Source: an uncultured delta proteobacterium
GTDB taxonomy: Bacteria; Desulfobacterota; Binatia; UBA9968
Direction of reading: 5' to 3'
DNA length: 64,000 nt
Assembly (NCBI GenBank): GCA_963755715.1
Contig: CAVWLW010000074.1
Coordinates: 96,001-160,000, forward strand
A program made the position numbers and the translations under genes. How positions within the stretch are numbered: the stretch's first letter is position 1; each line of letters opens with the position of its first letter. The notes beneath the pieces are model-generated. The model was given only the letters and a program-made list of their open reading frames with translations. It made no database searches and was not told where the DNA came from. Positions 1 through 11,007 of this stretch are shown here, piece after piece.

Positions 1-3000
1 TCAACACGCGCCGTTTGGTCGAACGCGTGGCGCACCAGTTGACGGAGCGTTTGGGCGAGGGCAAAGTCGGCGCGCATCACGGCAGCCTATCGCGCAAGAC
101 TCGCCTCGAGGTCGAAGAGAAACTCAAATCCGGCGAATTTTCGGTCGTTGTCGCCACCGCTTCGCTGGAGCTCGGCATCGACATCGGCCACGTCGATGTG
201 GTCTGTCATATCGGTTCGCCGAGAAATCTGGCGGTCCTGCTGCAGCGGGTCGGCCGCTCGGGGCATTGGCTCGGCGCGATTCCCAAAGGCATTCTCTATC
301 CTTTGACCCGTGACGATCTGTTGCAATCGGTCGCGGCGATTCGCGCCGTACGACAGGGGCAGTTGGACAAGCTCAGCGTGGTCAAGAAACCGCTCGACGT
401 TTTGGCACAGCAAATGGTCGCGACGGTAGCGAGTGTGACACCGTCGGAAAAGGCCGCTGGCAAGAAGCGCGGCCATGAGCAAGACGGCATCTCGGAAGAG
501 GCATTGTGGCAACTCGTTCGTGCCGCTTATCCATACAGAGAGCTCACGCGAGAAGAGTACGAGCAGTTGCTCGAAATGCTCAGCGAAGGTGTGGAAACCC
601 GGCGCAGCCGGAGGAGCGCTTATATTCACCGCGATCGTATCAACGGCATGCTGCGGGCGCGCCGCGGTGCGCGCTTGACCGCGATCACCAACGGCGGCGC
701 GATTCCCGATACCGCTGACTACGATGTCATCGAGTTTCCGAGTGAAACCTTCGTCGGCAAAGTGCACGAGGACTTCGCCATCGAAAGTCTCGGGGGCGAT
801 ATTTTTCTGCTCGGGAACCGTTCCTGGCGCATCCGCCGCGTCGGCTCGGGCAAAGTTCATGTCGAAGACGCCCAAGGCCTTCCGCCGACGATTCCTTTCT
901 GGATGGGCGAAGCGCCGGGGCGGACGCTGGAATTATCCAAAGCGGTTGCCGATTTGCGCGAGGACTGTCGCGGCGAAGCTGGCGGACCGAGCCGGAGCGG
1001 CGCAATGGCTGATCGAAGAAGTTTCCATGCCGCCGAGCGCCGCCGAGCAAATCGTCAATTACGTCGGCGAAACTGTGGCGACTCTCGGCACGGTGCCGTC
1101 GCAGGAAAAAGTCATCGCCGAGCGGTTCTTCGACGAGGCCGGCGGCATGCAGTTGATTCTTCATTCACCTTGGGGCGGGCGCATCAACCGGGCCTGGGGC
1201 TTGGCGCTGCGCAAGCGTTTTTGCGTGAGCTTCGACCGGGAGCTGCAGGCGGCGGCGACCGACGATGGCATCTGCATTTCTCTGGTCGAACAGCACTCGT
1301 TTCCATTGAGCGATGTTTTTTTGATGCTCAAACCGGCGATGCTCGAAGAGAATCTGACTCAGGCCGCGCTCGCCTCGCCGATGTTCGACAACCGCTGGCG
1401 CTGGAACGCAACTCGCGCTCTGGCGATCCAGCGTCACAGCGGCGGCCGCAAAGTTCCCGTGGCGCTTCAGCGCATGCGCGCCGAAGATCTTTTGGCCGCG
1501 GTTTTTCCCGAACAAGTGATGTGCCAGGACAACCGCACCGGACCGGTAGAGCTTCCCGATCATCCGCTGGTCAAAGAGACCATCGGCGATTGCCTGCACG
1601 AAGCTATGGACATGGATGGCTTGGCGCAAATTCTCGCGCGCATCGAGAGCGGGGCGATCGAAACGCTCGCCATCGATACGCCGGCGCCTTCGCCGATGGC
1701 CCATGAGATTCTCAACGCCAATCCCTACGCGTTCTTGGACGACGCGCCGCTGGAAGAACGGCGCGCGCGGGCGGTGTCGCTGCGCCGTGTCGATCCGTGG
1801 CTGGGCCGTGAATTCGGCCGGCTCGATCAAGCGGCGATCGACGAAGTGCGCAAACAGGCATGGCCCGAAGCGCGCAATCCGGACGAATTACACGATCTCT
1901 TGCTCGGCGTCGGGTTATTGCCCGTCGAACGGCGGCCCGATTGGCAGGCATTGGCCGCACGAGTTGATTAAGAACCGCCGCGCCACCGTCGCTGTCTGGC
2001 ACGACGAAGATACCGAACGGCGCGCTTATCTCGCCGCGGAGCGCAGCGACTTGATCCGGCTCGCGATCGGCGGGGTTCTCCTCAATCCGCCGGTGGAACT
2101 GCCGCTTGGTTTCAGCGAAAACGTTGCGTCGCCGGAGGAAGCGTTTAGAAAAATCGCTCAGGGTTGGCTCGAAGTCAGTGGGCCGATTACGGATCGAAAA
2201 CTCGCGGCGAGCTTGGGGCTACCGTTGAATAAGATCGACGCGGCGTTAATCGCATTGGAAAGCGCCGGTGTCGCGATGCGCGGCGAATTTACGACCGAAG
2301 GCGGCGCAAACGGCGGCGTCGAGTGGTGCGATCGAGTGCTATTGGCGCGGATTCATCGTTTGACCTTGGGCCGCATGCGCAGAGAAATCGAGCCCGTATC
2401 GGCGGCGGACTTCATGAAGTTTTTGCTCGCTTGGCAACACGTCGCTCCGGGAATGCAATTGCGTGGACGAGACGGCGTGCTGCGCGTGATCGAGCAATTG
2501 CAAGGGCTCGAACTCCCGGCTCCCGCATGGGAGCAGCATGTTTTGCCGGCTCGGGTCGAACGCTACGATCCCGCCGACCTCGAGCATCTTTGCCTCGCGG
2601 GTGTGATCACGTGGGGGCGGTTACGAAGCGGGGCGAGCGCGGTGGAGGACAGCGCGCGGCCGCCCGTGGCGCCGCGCCGAGCTAGGCGGCTCTTGGCGCC
2701 GGGGCGAAACGCGCCGATCTCGTTTTTGTTGCGCGAGGATCTCGGTTCGTTTTTGGAGCCGACGGCGCAGCGTCTCGAGGAAATCACGACACTCTCACCG
2801 ATGGCGTTGGAAGTCGCTCGCTTTCTCGAGCGCCACGGCGCTTCGTTTCTCGATGATATCGCGCGCGGCACCGGTCTCTTGAAGATCAAGGTCGAAGAGG
2901 CTTTGTGGCAACTGGTCGCGCATGGCCGCGCCACCGGCGATGGGATTGCCGGGCTCCGAGTTCTTCTGACGCCGGCGCACAAACGGGTCGAACGGCGCCG

Positions 3001-3529
3001 TACGCTGCGGATCATCTCGGGCGGGAAAAGCCCGGAGCGATCCATGCCAGTGGGCCGCTGGTCGTTGTGGCGCAATCACGGCGCGGATGAGCGGAGCAAC
3101 GACGAAGCGCGATCGGAGCGGCGGGCGCGGCAACTGTTGCAGCGTTACGGCGTGGTCTTTCGCGATTTACTCGCGCGCGAACAGATGTCGCCGTCCTGGC
3201 GCAGCTTACTCGGCGTCTATCGGCGTTTGGAGGCGCGGGGCGAAATTCGCGGCGGGCGCTTTATCGACGGATTTGTCGGCGAGCAGTTCGCGTTGCCGCA
3301 AGCGGTCGATACGCTGCGCGCAGGAAGACGCAACGAGACAGGGCAGGGACCTGTGATTGTTTCGGCGGCCGATCCGCTAAATTTGATCGGCATACTGAGT
3401 CCCGGCTCGCGGCTCTCGCCTTATTCGAATCAGGCCATTGCCTACGAAAACGGGATTGCTATTGGTTCAGGTTTGTTGGGCGAGCTGCGTAGTCAGTTGC
3501 AGCACGCCTCGGCGCCGCAGCCCGGTTAG
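1..3529 (+). CDS. lhr: Lhr-family DEAD/DEAH helicase (long form with C-terminal winged-helix domain), 5'-partial, two +1 frameshifts near 963 and 1956
   Basis: [19 protein letters not shown] and QRVGRSGH helicase motifs, then [26 protein letters not shown] and GEIRGGRF...GEQFALP in three successive frames (ORFs 15-1706, 724-1971, 1616-3529). Removing one base at each junction restores the frame. Confidence 0.9.
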
Positions 3530-3658
3530 ACGATGGGTTTTGAGAAAAAGCTCGGTCTTAGCGAACGAAATGAGCCTGGACCAAAAGAATTCGGCCCAAT
3601 AACGGCGTGGAAAACCGCAAACCTTATGGCAATCGGTTTTGCGGATCAGGGATGAAAT

Positions 3659-3946
3659 CTAGGGTCGCGCCTGGCCGTTTATCTGTTTTAATGTTGGCGC
3701 GCTTAGAACCTCTTTTAAAACCCGGATTTCAACGACATCTTCTTGTAACCGAGTCAGACCTTCTTTGGCGCGATGGATTTCCCCGAGCATGGAATCAAGC
3801 TCACCGATGCTGATTGATTCCAGCGCCTGGCGAATCTTGCGGTTCATGCCGAACAAATTCTGCATGCCGCCTTTATCGGAAATCTTGTTGTCCAAATCGA
3901 TATATACGCGAGTTAGGCCTTCCATTTGGCTCTTCACGTCGTCCAC
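3659..3946 (-). CDS. hypothetical helical/coiled-coil protein (95 aa)
   Basis: GTG start preceded by AAGGAGG; amphipathic heptad-like sequence; no recognised family. Confidence 0.7.
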   Translation of the reverse strand: MDDVKSQMEGLTRVYIDLDNKISDKGGMQNLFGMNRKIRQALESISIGELDSMLGEIHRAKEGLTRLQEDVVEIRVLKEVLSAPTLKQINGQARP

Positions 3947-4132
3947 GGGTTTTCCTCCTTGTGTGCTTGCCACAAATGTTGGGTTGATGTACCTACCACA
4001 AATCATGTTTGTGATTCGAAAACAAGCACGGAGGGATTCTAAGTAATATTTTGTCGCAAAACATGAAGGTTAGCGTAAAAGTTGGAGCGTTTTGTTGTAT
4101 TTTCATCGGGTCGATCATTGAGGTGATTTCAC

Positions 4133-6355
4133 ATGAGCGAAATCCGCAGCGTCGGTATTCCCAGTCCGCGCGTTGAAGGCGAACAAAAAGTCGGCGGTGA
4201 CGCGGTCTACGCCATCGATGTCGTGTTGCCCGACATGCTCTGGGCGAAAGTTTTGCGCAGTCCGATCGCCCATGGCCGAATAAAAAAAATCGACGCCGCC
4301 AAAGCGCTTGAATTACCAGGCGTGCGCGCCATCGTTTCCGGCGCGGATCTCGCCGGCGCCAAGATCGGCAAAAAGATCGTCGACATGCCGCTGCTCGCCG
4401 ACGGCGTGGTACGCTACGTCGGTGAAAAAATCGCCGCGGTTGCGGCGGAGAGCGAAGCGATCGCCGAAGCCGCCCTTGATTTGATCGAAGTCGAGTATGA
4501 AGATTTACCGATTGTCACCGATGCACTGGAGGCGATGGCGCCGGGCGCCCCCCTGTTGCATCCGAACGTCGCCGAATACAAAGGACTGCTTCATAAAATC
4601 GAGACTCCGAGCAATGTTTTTGTCGCGCTCCATTGGAAAAAGGGCGAGGTGCAAGAGGGTTTTCGCCAATCCGACGTCGTCATCGAGAATACTTTTACCG
4701 TTCCCGCCGTCCACCAGGCCTACATCGAGCCGCACTCGTCGCTGGTGCGGCTGAATCCCGACGGCACAGCGGACATCTGGTCGTCGAACAAGAGTCCGTT
4801 CGCGCTGCGCGATCAGGTCGGCAACGCCTTGCAAGTCGCGCCGGCGAATCTGATCATCCATCCTTGTTACGTCGGCGGCGACTTCGGCGGCAAGGGCGAC
4901 GGCAACGACGTGGCGCTTTGCTATGCCTTGGCGAAAAAAAGCGGCCGGCCGGTCAAGCTCGTTGTCGATTACACCGAGGAGTTGACCGCAGGCAATCCTC
5001 GTCACGGCGCCGTCATCCAGGTGAAGACCGGCGTCAAAAAGAACGGCATCTTGATCGCGCAGCATGTGCAATTCATTTTCGATAGCGGCGCTTACGGCGC
5101 TTACCGGCCGCAGGGCTTTTTGGTTGGCGCTCATGATGCGCCGGGGCCGTATCGAGTGCCCAACTGTTTGGTCGAAGAAAAATACGTTTACACGAACAAG
5201 ATGCCGTGTGGCTACATGCGCGCGCCGGGTCATCTGCAGGCAATGTTTGCGTGCGAGAGCCAGACCGATCTGGTGGCTCGTCAACTGAAGATCGATCCGA
5301 TCGAGTTTCGCCGCATGAATTTGATGCACGACGGCGACGCCGCGCCGCTCGGGGAGGTGATCCCGCATGTGAAGGCCACCGAAACCTTGCTGAAGGCGCT
5401 CGATGAGTCGGGGTATCGCCGCGACAAGAAAAAAAATATCGGCCGCGGTTGCGCGATCGCGGACTGGGTTTCCAAAGGCGGCGAATCTTACGCTTTTGTC
5501 AAGCTCGATGAGGAAGGCGTCGTGACGCTTTCTTCCGCGGTGACCGACACGGGGCCCGGCGTCTTTACCATGATGCGCCAGGTCGTCGGCGAAGAGCTCA
5601 AGGTGCCGCTCGATGCGATCCGGGTCGAGATGTTGGACTCGTCAAAAGTCATCAAAGACACCGGCGTGCGCGGCAGCAGCAGTACGCGCGTGCATGGCAA
5701 CTCGGCATTGGACGCGGCACAAAGACTGCGCGACGCGATTCTCAACGTCGCCGCGCGTGTGATGGACGCCAAGCCGGATGAATTGATATTGTACGACGGC
5801 GGCGTCACTCATGGCCGGGCCGAGCGGCGCATGACCTACGGCGAGATCGCGCGCGCCAACGGCAAACCTTTGATTGCCGAGGGCCATTATCTGAATATGG
5901 CCGACGGGCCGGAAGCTTCGCTAGTGGCGCAGGTCGCCGAAGTCGAAGTGGACGAGGATACCGGCGCAGTGCGCGTGAAAAAACTGACCACAGCGCACAA
6001 CACCGGCACGATCTTAAATCCCTCGACCCATCAAGGTCAGATTGACGGCGCGGTCGTTATGGGATTTGGCTACGGGGTGATCGAAAATCTCGCCTACGAC
6101 GAGAGCGGCAAAGTTCTGGCGGCCAATCTGGGCGAGTACAAAATTCCCAACATCCAGGATATTCCCGAGCTCAGGACGGCTATTATCCAATCCGATTTCG
6201 GCAGCGGACCCTACAACAGTATGAGCATCGGCGAGACGGCGCTGATCCCGACCGCGGCGGCCATCGCCAACGCGATCGAAGATGCGATCGGCGTGCGCAT
6301 TAAATCTCTGCCGATCACGGCGGAAAAGGTATTGAACGCACTCAAGGGACGGTAA
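4133..6355 (+). CDS. xanthine dehydrogenase family molybdopterin-binding large subunit
   Basis: LRSPIAHGRI, YIEPH, GGDFGGKG, MRAPG, GQIDGAVVMGFG and IGETAL...AAAIANAI motifs. Confidence 0.92.
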   Translation: MSEIRSVGIPSPRVEGEQKVGGDAVYAIDVVLPDMLWAKVLRSPIAHGRIKKIDAAKALELPGVRAIVSGADLAGAKIGKKIVDMPLLADGVVRYVGEKIAAVAAESEAIAEAALDLIEVEYEDLPIVTDALEAMAPGAPLLHPNVAEYKGLLHKIETPSNVFVALHWKKGEVQEGFRQSDVVIENTFTVPAVHQAYIEPHSSLVRLNPDGTADIWSSNKSPFALRDQVGNALQVAPANLIIHPCYVGGDFGGKGDGNDVALCYALAKKSGRPVKLVVDYTEELTAGNPRHGAVIQVKTGVKKNGILIAQHVQFIFDSGAYGAYRPQGFLVGAHDAPGPYRVPNCLVEEKYVYTNKMPCGYMRAPGHLQAMFACESQTDLVARQLKIDPIEFRRMNLMHDGDAAPLGEVIPHVKATETLLKALDESGYRRDKKKNIGRGCAIADWVSKGGESYAFVKLDEEGVVTLSSAVTDTGPGVFTMMRQVVGEELKVPLDAIRVEMLDSSKVIKDTGVRGSSSTRVHGNSALDAAQRLRDAILNVAARVMDAKPDELILYDGGVTHGRAERRMTYGEIARANGKPLIAEGHYLNMADGPEASLVAQVAEVEVDEDTGAVRVKKLTTAHNTGTILNPSTHQGQIDGAVVMGFGYGVIENLAYDESGKVLAANLGEYKIPNIQDIPELRTAIIQSDFGSGPYNSMSIGETALIPTAAAIANAIEDAIGVRIKSLPITAEKVLNALKGR

Positions 6356-6410
6356 CGCACACACCGATTGCTGGTTCGGGTTAAGGCGAATTTTTTTTCC
6401 ATCTTGATGT

Positions 6411-6773
6411 ATGGGCAATGCTGTTCTCGGACCGGTCGAGCGAATCGTCAAGGCGACTCGCTATTCACTGAGCGGGTTAATCGATGCGTGGCGCACGCAA
6501 GCGCCGTTGCGGTACGAATGTTTCGTGTTGGCGATCATCGTGCCGTTGGCGTGGAGCCTGCGAACAACCGCTGTCGAGCGTTCATTGCTGATCGGCAGTT
6601 GGCTCTTGGTCATCGTTGTCGAGCTCATCAATTCAGCCATCGAAACAGTCGTCAACCGGATCGGCAGCGAGCCCCATGACCTCTCCGGACGCGCCAAGGA
6701 CCTAGGATCTGCCGCGGTTTTCTGTTCCATCGTTCTGGCCGTGACAGTCTGGCTGATTCTGTGCCTCGGGTGA
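6411..6773 (+). CDS. dgkA: diacylglycerol kinase
   Basis: YSLSGL, VELINSAIETVVNRI and SGRAKDLGSAAV motifs; three hydrophobic segments. Confidence 0.93.
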   Translation: MGNAVLGPVERIVKATRYSLSGLIDAWRTQAPLRYECFVLAIIVPLAWSLRTTAVERSLLIGSWLLVIVVELINSAIETVVNRIGSEPHDLSGRAKDLGSAAVFCSIVLAVTVWLILCLG

Positions 6774-7039
6774 GCGATTAATGAAAAATTTTTTGGAGTG
6801 AATTATGAATCGCTGCACGCGTCGTCAGTAATGAGTGCGTGCAATTCGACCGCGTGGTTGTAAAATCTTCGTAAGAAGAGCTGAAAAAGACGCTCAAAAG
6901 TCAGGATAGCGATCGGCTTGGGCATCTTCTGGATTCCCGCTAATTATCAAGGTTTGTTAGCTGGAAAGGTCGATGGCGATATGCGAGCCGAGCCGCGCGA
7001 CGCGATCGACCTTTCGCGGCGAGGCCGGGATTTGCCGGT

Positions 7040-7462
7040 TTAAGTCGAAGCTAAGGTCAAAGCCTGGAGCAAAATCTCGGGTATCCGAGTGATTCGGCCG
7101 GATTGATCGATGCAGGCATGCGCGGTTTTACCGCCGGCTAAAAAGCTGCCGTCAGTTTCGCGTGAGATCCGATAGACGAATTTTAACGAGGCCCGGCCCA
7201 ATTCTACCAACGTGGTTTCGATTTCTATAAGATCATCGTAGCGCGCCGATTGGGTGTAGCGGCAGTTTACTTCCACGACCGGAAAATGAAATCCTTGCCC
7301 CTCGATGGTCGAATAGGGCAAGCCGATTTGACGGAGAAATTCCGATCTGCCACTCTCAAACCAGCGGAGATAGTTGGCGTAGTAAACGACTCCCATCTGA
7401 TCGGTATCGCCGTAAATGACGCGGTACGAACTGATGCGTTTGACGCTTGGCTGCTTTTTCAT
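7040..7462 (-). CDS. acyl-CoA thioesterase (YbgC/4HBT family)
   Basis: RVIYGDTDQMGVVYYANYLRWFESGR signature. Confidence 0.92.
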   Translation of the reverse strand: MKKQPSVKRISSYRVIYGDTDQMGVVYYANYLRWFESGRSEFLRQIGLPYSTIEGQGFHFPVVEVNCRYTQSARYDDLIEIETTLVELGRASLKFVYRISRETDGSFLAGGKTAHACIDQSGRITRIPEILLQALTLAST

Positions 7463-7630
7463 GGCAAAATATCTTTATTTGCTTTTGCCGATTTTCTCAA
7501 TGCGCCTCGGCGCCGGCGACTTGCCTTGACAAGCGAAACTGAAGTGTGATTTAAGCTGATGAAAATTATTTTTCTATTATGATGAAGCGGCGTTGACGAT
7601 GAGCCGCGTCATCTTTGAGGAGGATGAATC

Positions 7631-8086
7631 ATGAACAATGCCTTAAAAGATTATTCCTGGTTGCTTAGCGTCGCCCTGTTAGCGGTGCTAGGCGTTGGGT
7701 GCAGCTCGGTGGAAGAAAAGCCGGCGCCGACGCCGCCGGCAGCAGCGGCGAAACCGGCTCCCGCTCCGGCCCCGGCTCCCGCGCCGGAGAAATCAGAGTC
7801 TGCGAAGGCGTCGAAAACCAAGGCGGTTGAAGTCGAAGGCGTGATCAGTGCGGTGGGCCAAAGAACGATCACCTTTCAAATGGAACGCAAAGGCAAAGTG
7901 CGCGAAGAAGTCGTTGGCGTAGATGACAAAACCAAAATCGAAAAGAGCGGCGCGAATATTAAGCTGCGCGAGCTTCAGGAGACCGACAAGGCTTTGATCA
8001 ATTATGAGCCGGAAGCCTACACGCCGGCGATCGCCATTAAAGTCACGGGCAAAGGCGAAATCCAAAAGGTCGGGGGCGACGATTAG
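7631..8086 (+). CDS. lipoprotein with Pro/Ala-rich linker and small beta-barrel (OB-like) domain
   Basis: Signal peptide ending LGVGC; PAPAPAPAP linker; VEGVISAV...VDDKTKI pattern; GAGGAGG RBS. Confidence 0.75.
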   Translation: MNNALKDYSWLLSVALLAVLGVGCSSVEEKPAPTPPAAAAKPAPAPAPAPAPEKSESAKASKTKAVEVEGVISAVGQRTITFQMERKGKVREEVVGVDDKTKIEKSGANIKLRELQETDKALINYEPEAYTPAIAIKVTGKGEIQKVGGDD

Positions 8087-8985
8087 GAACGGTAGCGGTC
8101 GGCTCGATCGCCGCCGACCACCTCCAAATCAAACGACTGATCTTCTCTCAGAATTCTGAACGAGATCCGTTCCCCTGGAAGCTTTTTCCACATTTCCTGG
8201 TAAAGCTCCTGGCGCGAACGGATTTCTTTTTTATTGACCGTGAGAATGATGTCGCCTTGCTGCAGACCAAACTTCGCGGCGGGTCCAGTCGGCACGACGC
8301 CGCCGATGACGACATGCCCGGCCATAACCTCCGGATAGATGCCAAGCCAGGGTCTTTTGGGACGGCTGCGAACTTGCCCGTACTGCTTCAGTTCCCGTTC
8401 GTAATTCCGATAGTAGTCAATCGGAATCGCCAGCGAAAATTTCCCAACTTCGCTTAAATTCAAAGATACGATGCCGGCCAATTCGCCGCGGAAATTGGCC
8501 AGCGTGCCGCCGCCGAAGCCGGGATTGGACGCAGTGACCCGAATTGTTTTGTCGATCATGTATTCCCACTGGCCGTCATAACCCTCGACGGACGTTACAT
8601 AACCACCGCTGACCCGCCGTCCGGTTCCACCGCTGCTGGCAACCATCACTACGGGCTGGCCTAAAGCGATCGAATCGGCCGGCGCCAGCTTGAGATAGGG
8701 CAAATTTTGCGCGGCAATTTTAACCAGCGATAGTCCGGTTTCTTGATCTTGAGCCGCTACTTGGGCCGGATATTGCTCGCCGTCTGGTAAGGTCACGGTA
8801 ATCGAAGATGCGCCGACGGTCACGTAGTGAACCGTCAGGATGTAACCGTCAGAGTCGACGATCGTGCCAGAACCGACGCGCTCTGAACCCAGATTGCTCG
8901 CTGATGGATGACTTTCCGGAATATTAACGTGAAGATCCACCGTGGCGGGTAGGATCGAGTGAATCAAACCGATATGGCCGTTCAA
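8083..8985 (-). CDS. trypsin-like S1C (HtrA-like) domain plus PDZ protein; catalytic Ser apparently absent
   Basis: GSGTIVDSDGYILT, NPGFGGG at the usual NPGNSGG position, RPWLGI, GPAAKFGLQQGDIIL PDZ motif; no signal peptide. Confidence 0.85.
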   Translation of the reverse strand: MNGHIGLIHSILPATVDLHVNIPESHPSASNLGSERVGSGTIVDSDGYILTVHYVTVGASSITVTLPDGEQYPAQVAAQDQETGLSLVKIAAQNLPYLKLAPADSIALGQPVVMVASSGGTGRRVSGGYVTSVEGYDGQWEYMIDKTIRVTASNPGFGGGTLANFRGELAGIVSLNLSEVGKFSLAIPIDYYRNYERELKQYGQVRSRPKRPWLGIYPEVMAGHVVIGGVVPTGPAAKFGLQQGDIILTVNKKEIRSRQELYQEMWKKLPGERISFRILREDQSFDLEVVGGDRADRYRS

Positions 8986-9986
8986 AACGCGACTCCTTCG
9001 GCGTCGTGGAAATATGGCGGATTGGTAGCGTCATCATTCTCGCCGGAAAACAGTCTGCCCTGCCACGTGTCGCGACTTTCGAGAGCCTCAAGGATGGCGT
9101 TATGGACGCCGAGTTTGTCAATCGACCATTCCGGGGCGACGGTGATAGCGCGGTAAGTTTCGCCTGACAATCGATGGATGATCATATTCGGATTCAAGCG
9201 CTCGAGAAAATCCACTACCAAGGCGACGTACTCGACGCGGCTAAAGAGCGGAACTTGTCCGGCTAGGTAAAATTTTTCCAACGGCGTGTTCTTGATCACA
9301 TGGAGGTTGTGCAATTTGACTCCGTCGATCTGCAACCGATTGAGTAATTCCGGCGTTCTCAACATGTCATCGCGGCTCTCCCCTGGAAAGCCGAGAATGA
9401 GATGGGTGCAAAGCCTTAGCTCGCGTGCTTTGGCGCGCTCAACCGCGTCGATAAATTCCCTCAAGCCATGACCGCGATTGACCCACGCGAGCGTACGGTC
9501 GTACATGGATTCGAGTCCGATCTCTAGCCAAAGATAAGTTTGTTTCGCTAGATCGCGTAGCAGATCGAGCGTCTCATCGGCAAGGCAATCCGGCCGCGTT
9601 GCGATCGACAGTCCGACGACGCCGGGAAAGCGCAACGCCTCCTCGTAAAGCCGGGCAAGCTTGGCCGTGGAATCATAGGTGTTCGTATAGCTTTGAAAAT
9701 AGGCGATAAATTGCTCCGCCTTGTGGCGCCGCTGGATCGCCAAAGCGCCTTTTTCGAGCTGCGTCGTAACCGAAGTGCGCGGCCGGTAGTCTTGGGCCGT
9801 GTGGCTCGCGTTGTTACAATAAATGCAGCCGCCGACCGCTACTTTGCCATCGCGATTGGGACAGGTGAAATCCATGCGCAAACCGATCTTGTAGACGCGC
9901 GCATCAAAGCGATCGCGCAGCGCGCGATTAAACGAATTGAATCGCTTTTCGCGCCAACGTTGTGCAAGAGAGTTGGGGAAATTCAT
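8982..9986 (-). CDS. TIGR01212-family radical SAM protein (YhcC/YtqA-like)
   Basis: FTCPNRDG...GGCIYC, AYFQSYTNTY, IATRPDC, GVKLHNLH and IHRL motifs. Confidence 0.92.
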   Translation of the reverse strand: MNFPNSLAQRWREKRFNSFNRALRDRFDARVYKIGLRMDFTCPNRDGKVAVGGCIYCNNASHTAQDYRPRTSVTTQLEKGALAIQRRHKAEQFIAYFQSYTNTYDSTAKLARLYEEALRFPGVVGLSIATRPDCLADETLDLLRDLAKQTYLWLEIGLESMYDRTLAWVNRGHGLREFIDAVERAKARELRLCTHLILGFPGESRDDMLRTPELLNRLQIDGVKLHNLHVIKNTPLEKFYLAGQVPLFSRVEYVALVVDFLERLNPNMIIHRLSGETYRAITVAPEWSIDKLGVHNAILEALESRDTWQGRLFSGENDDATNPPYFHDAEGVAF

Positions 9987-10151
9987 GAGACGAACCTAAA
10001 AAGAGTTAACAAAAAGACTAAGAATACTCAAGGTGAAGAAATGAGCCCGAGTTAATCTGAGAGCCACGATAAAGCCCCGGAACGAGTCCTGGCTTACGAT
10101 GGAAGTCGCGAATATATCATGGGCTTTTCGCAACTGGAGGGCTGTCCTTGC

Positions 10152-10179
10152 TTGACAATGAAGAGAAATTGTCTATATT
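10152..10179 (+). promoter_or_regulatory. sigma70-type promoter of the yceD-rpmF-plsX operon
   Basis: TTGACA-N16-TATATT about 30 nt upstream of the yceD start. Confidence 0.55.
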
Positions 10180-10211
10180 CATTTAACACTTGACGGCCCG
10201 CGCGACCGCTG

Positions 10212-10748
10212 ATGAAAATCTCCGTTGACGAGATTCCTCAATCACCCAAAGAGATCACCTTCTCGGAAAGCATTGAGGAACTTAATGAGATCTACCGCCG
10301 GAGTAATAGCCGGGATTTTAGTTTTCCACCCCGTCTGGACGTAGACTTGACCTACTACCGCTCGGGGCGGGAGATTTTTTTGAGCGGAGCTTTTCATGGA
10401 TCATTCAAAGGGTGCTGCGGGCGCTGTTTGGAGCATTATGGGTTTCCTTTAAATAGTCATTTCGACATCGTTCTCACACCCGATCCCGCCAAGTTAGAGC
10501 GCGGCGCGGAAGAGTTACATCGGGACGAGCTCGGTTTGAGCTATTATTCGTCGGATGAGATCAATCTGGAGCCGCTGGTCGCGGAGCAAGTCATGTTGGC
10601 GTTACCGACTCGACCCCTGTGTTCGGATAATTGCCGCGGCTTATGCGGCCATTGCGGCGCCAATCTCAACAAAGAAGCTTGCAGCTGTTCCACCGTGGTC
10701 GGCGATCCGCGCATGGCGATTTTCCGAACGCTTAAAGTCGGTCGATAA
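10212..10748 (+). CDS. yceD: DUF177/YceD family protein
   Basis: CGRCL and PLCSDNCRGLCGHCGANLN...DPR motifs; directly upstream of rpmF. Confidence 0.93.
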   Translation: MKISVDEIPQSPKEITFSESIEELNEIYRRSNSRDFSFPPRLDVDLTYYRSGREIFLSGAFHGSFKGCCGRCLEHYGFPLNSHFDIVLTPDPAKLERGAEELHRDELGLSYYSSDEINLEPLVAEQVMLALPTRPLCSDNCRGLCGHCGANLNKEACSCSTVVGDPRMAIFRTLKVGR

Positions 10749-10809
10749 TTCGCCGCTCCATCTCAAAATATTTCCGCCGCGAACACGCGGAGAAAGCCAG
10801 GACTAACCG

Positions 10810-10992
10810 ATGCCGGTACCGAAGCGAAGAACTTCAAAACGGGTCAAGAATCAACGTCGCGCGCACGATGGCTTGACCAAACCGCAATGGAGCACGTGCT
10901 CCAACTGCGGCGAAACGATTTTACCTCACCGCGCCTGTGCTCACTGCGGCTTTTATCGTGGCCGCGCCGTGCTCCAAGTCGAGCAAAGTTAA
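10810..10992 (+). CDS. rpmF: 50S ribosomal protein L32 (Zn-binding type)
   Basis: MPVPKRRTSK...RRAH, CSNCG, HRACAHCGFY. Confidence 0.97.
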   Translation: MPVPKRRTSKRVKNQRRAHDGLTKPQWSTCSNCGETILPHRACAHCGFYRGRAVLQVEQS

Positions 10993-11007
10993 GCAGTCCC
11001 ACGACAT

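Noticed and set aside
4133-6355. Aerobic CO dehydrogenase CoxL
   Set aside because: Active-site loop is YMRAPG, not AYxCSFR, and no coxM/coxS are adjacent; generic xanthine dehydrogenase family.
6964-7015. Hairpin GAAAGGTCGAT...ATCGACCTTTC as an ncRNA
   Set aside because: Single stem between convergent genes with no recognisable RNA family; more likely a terminator or stability element.
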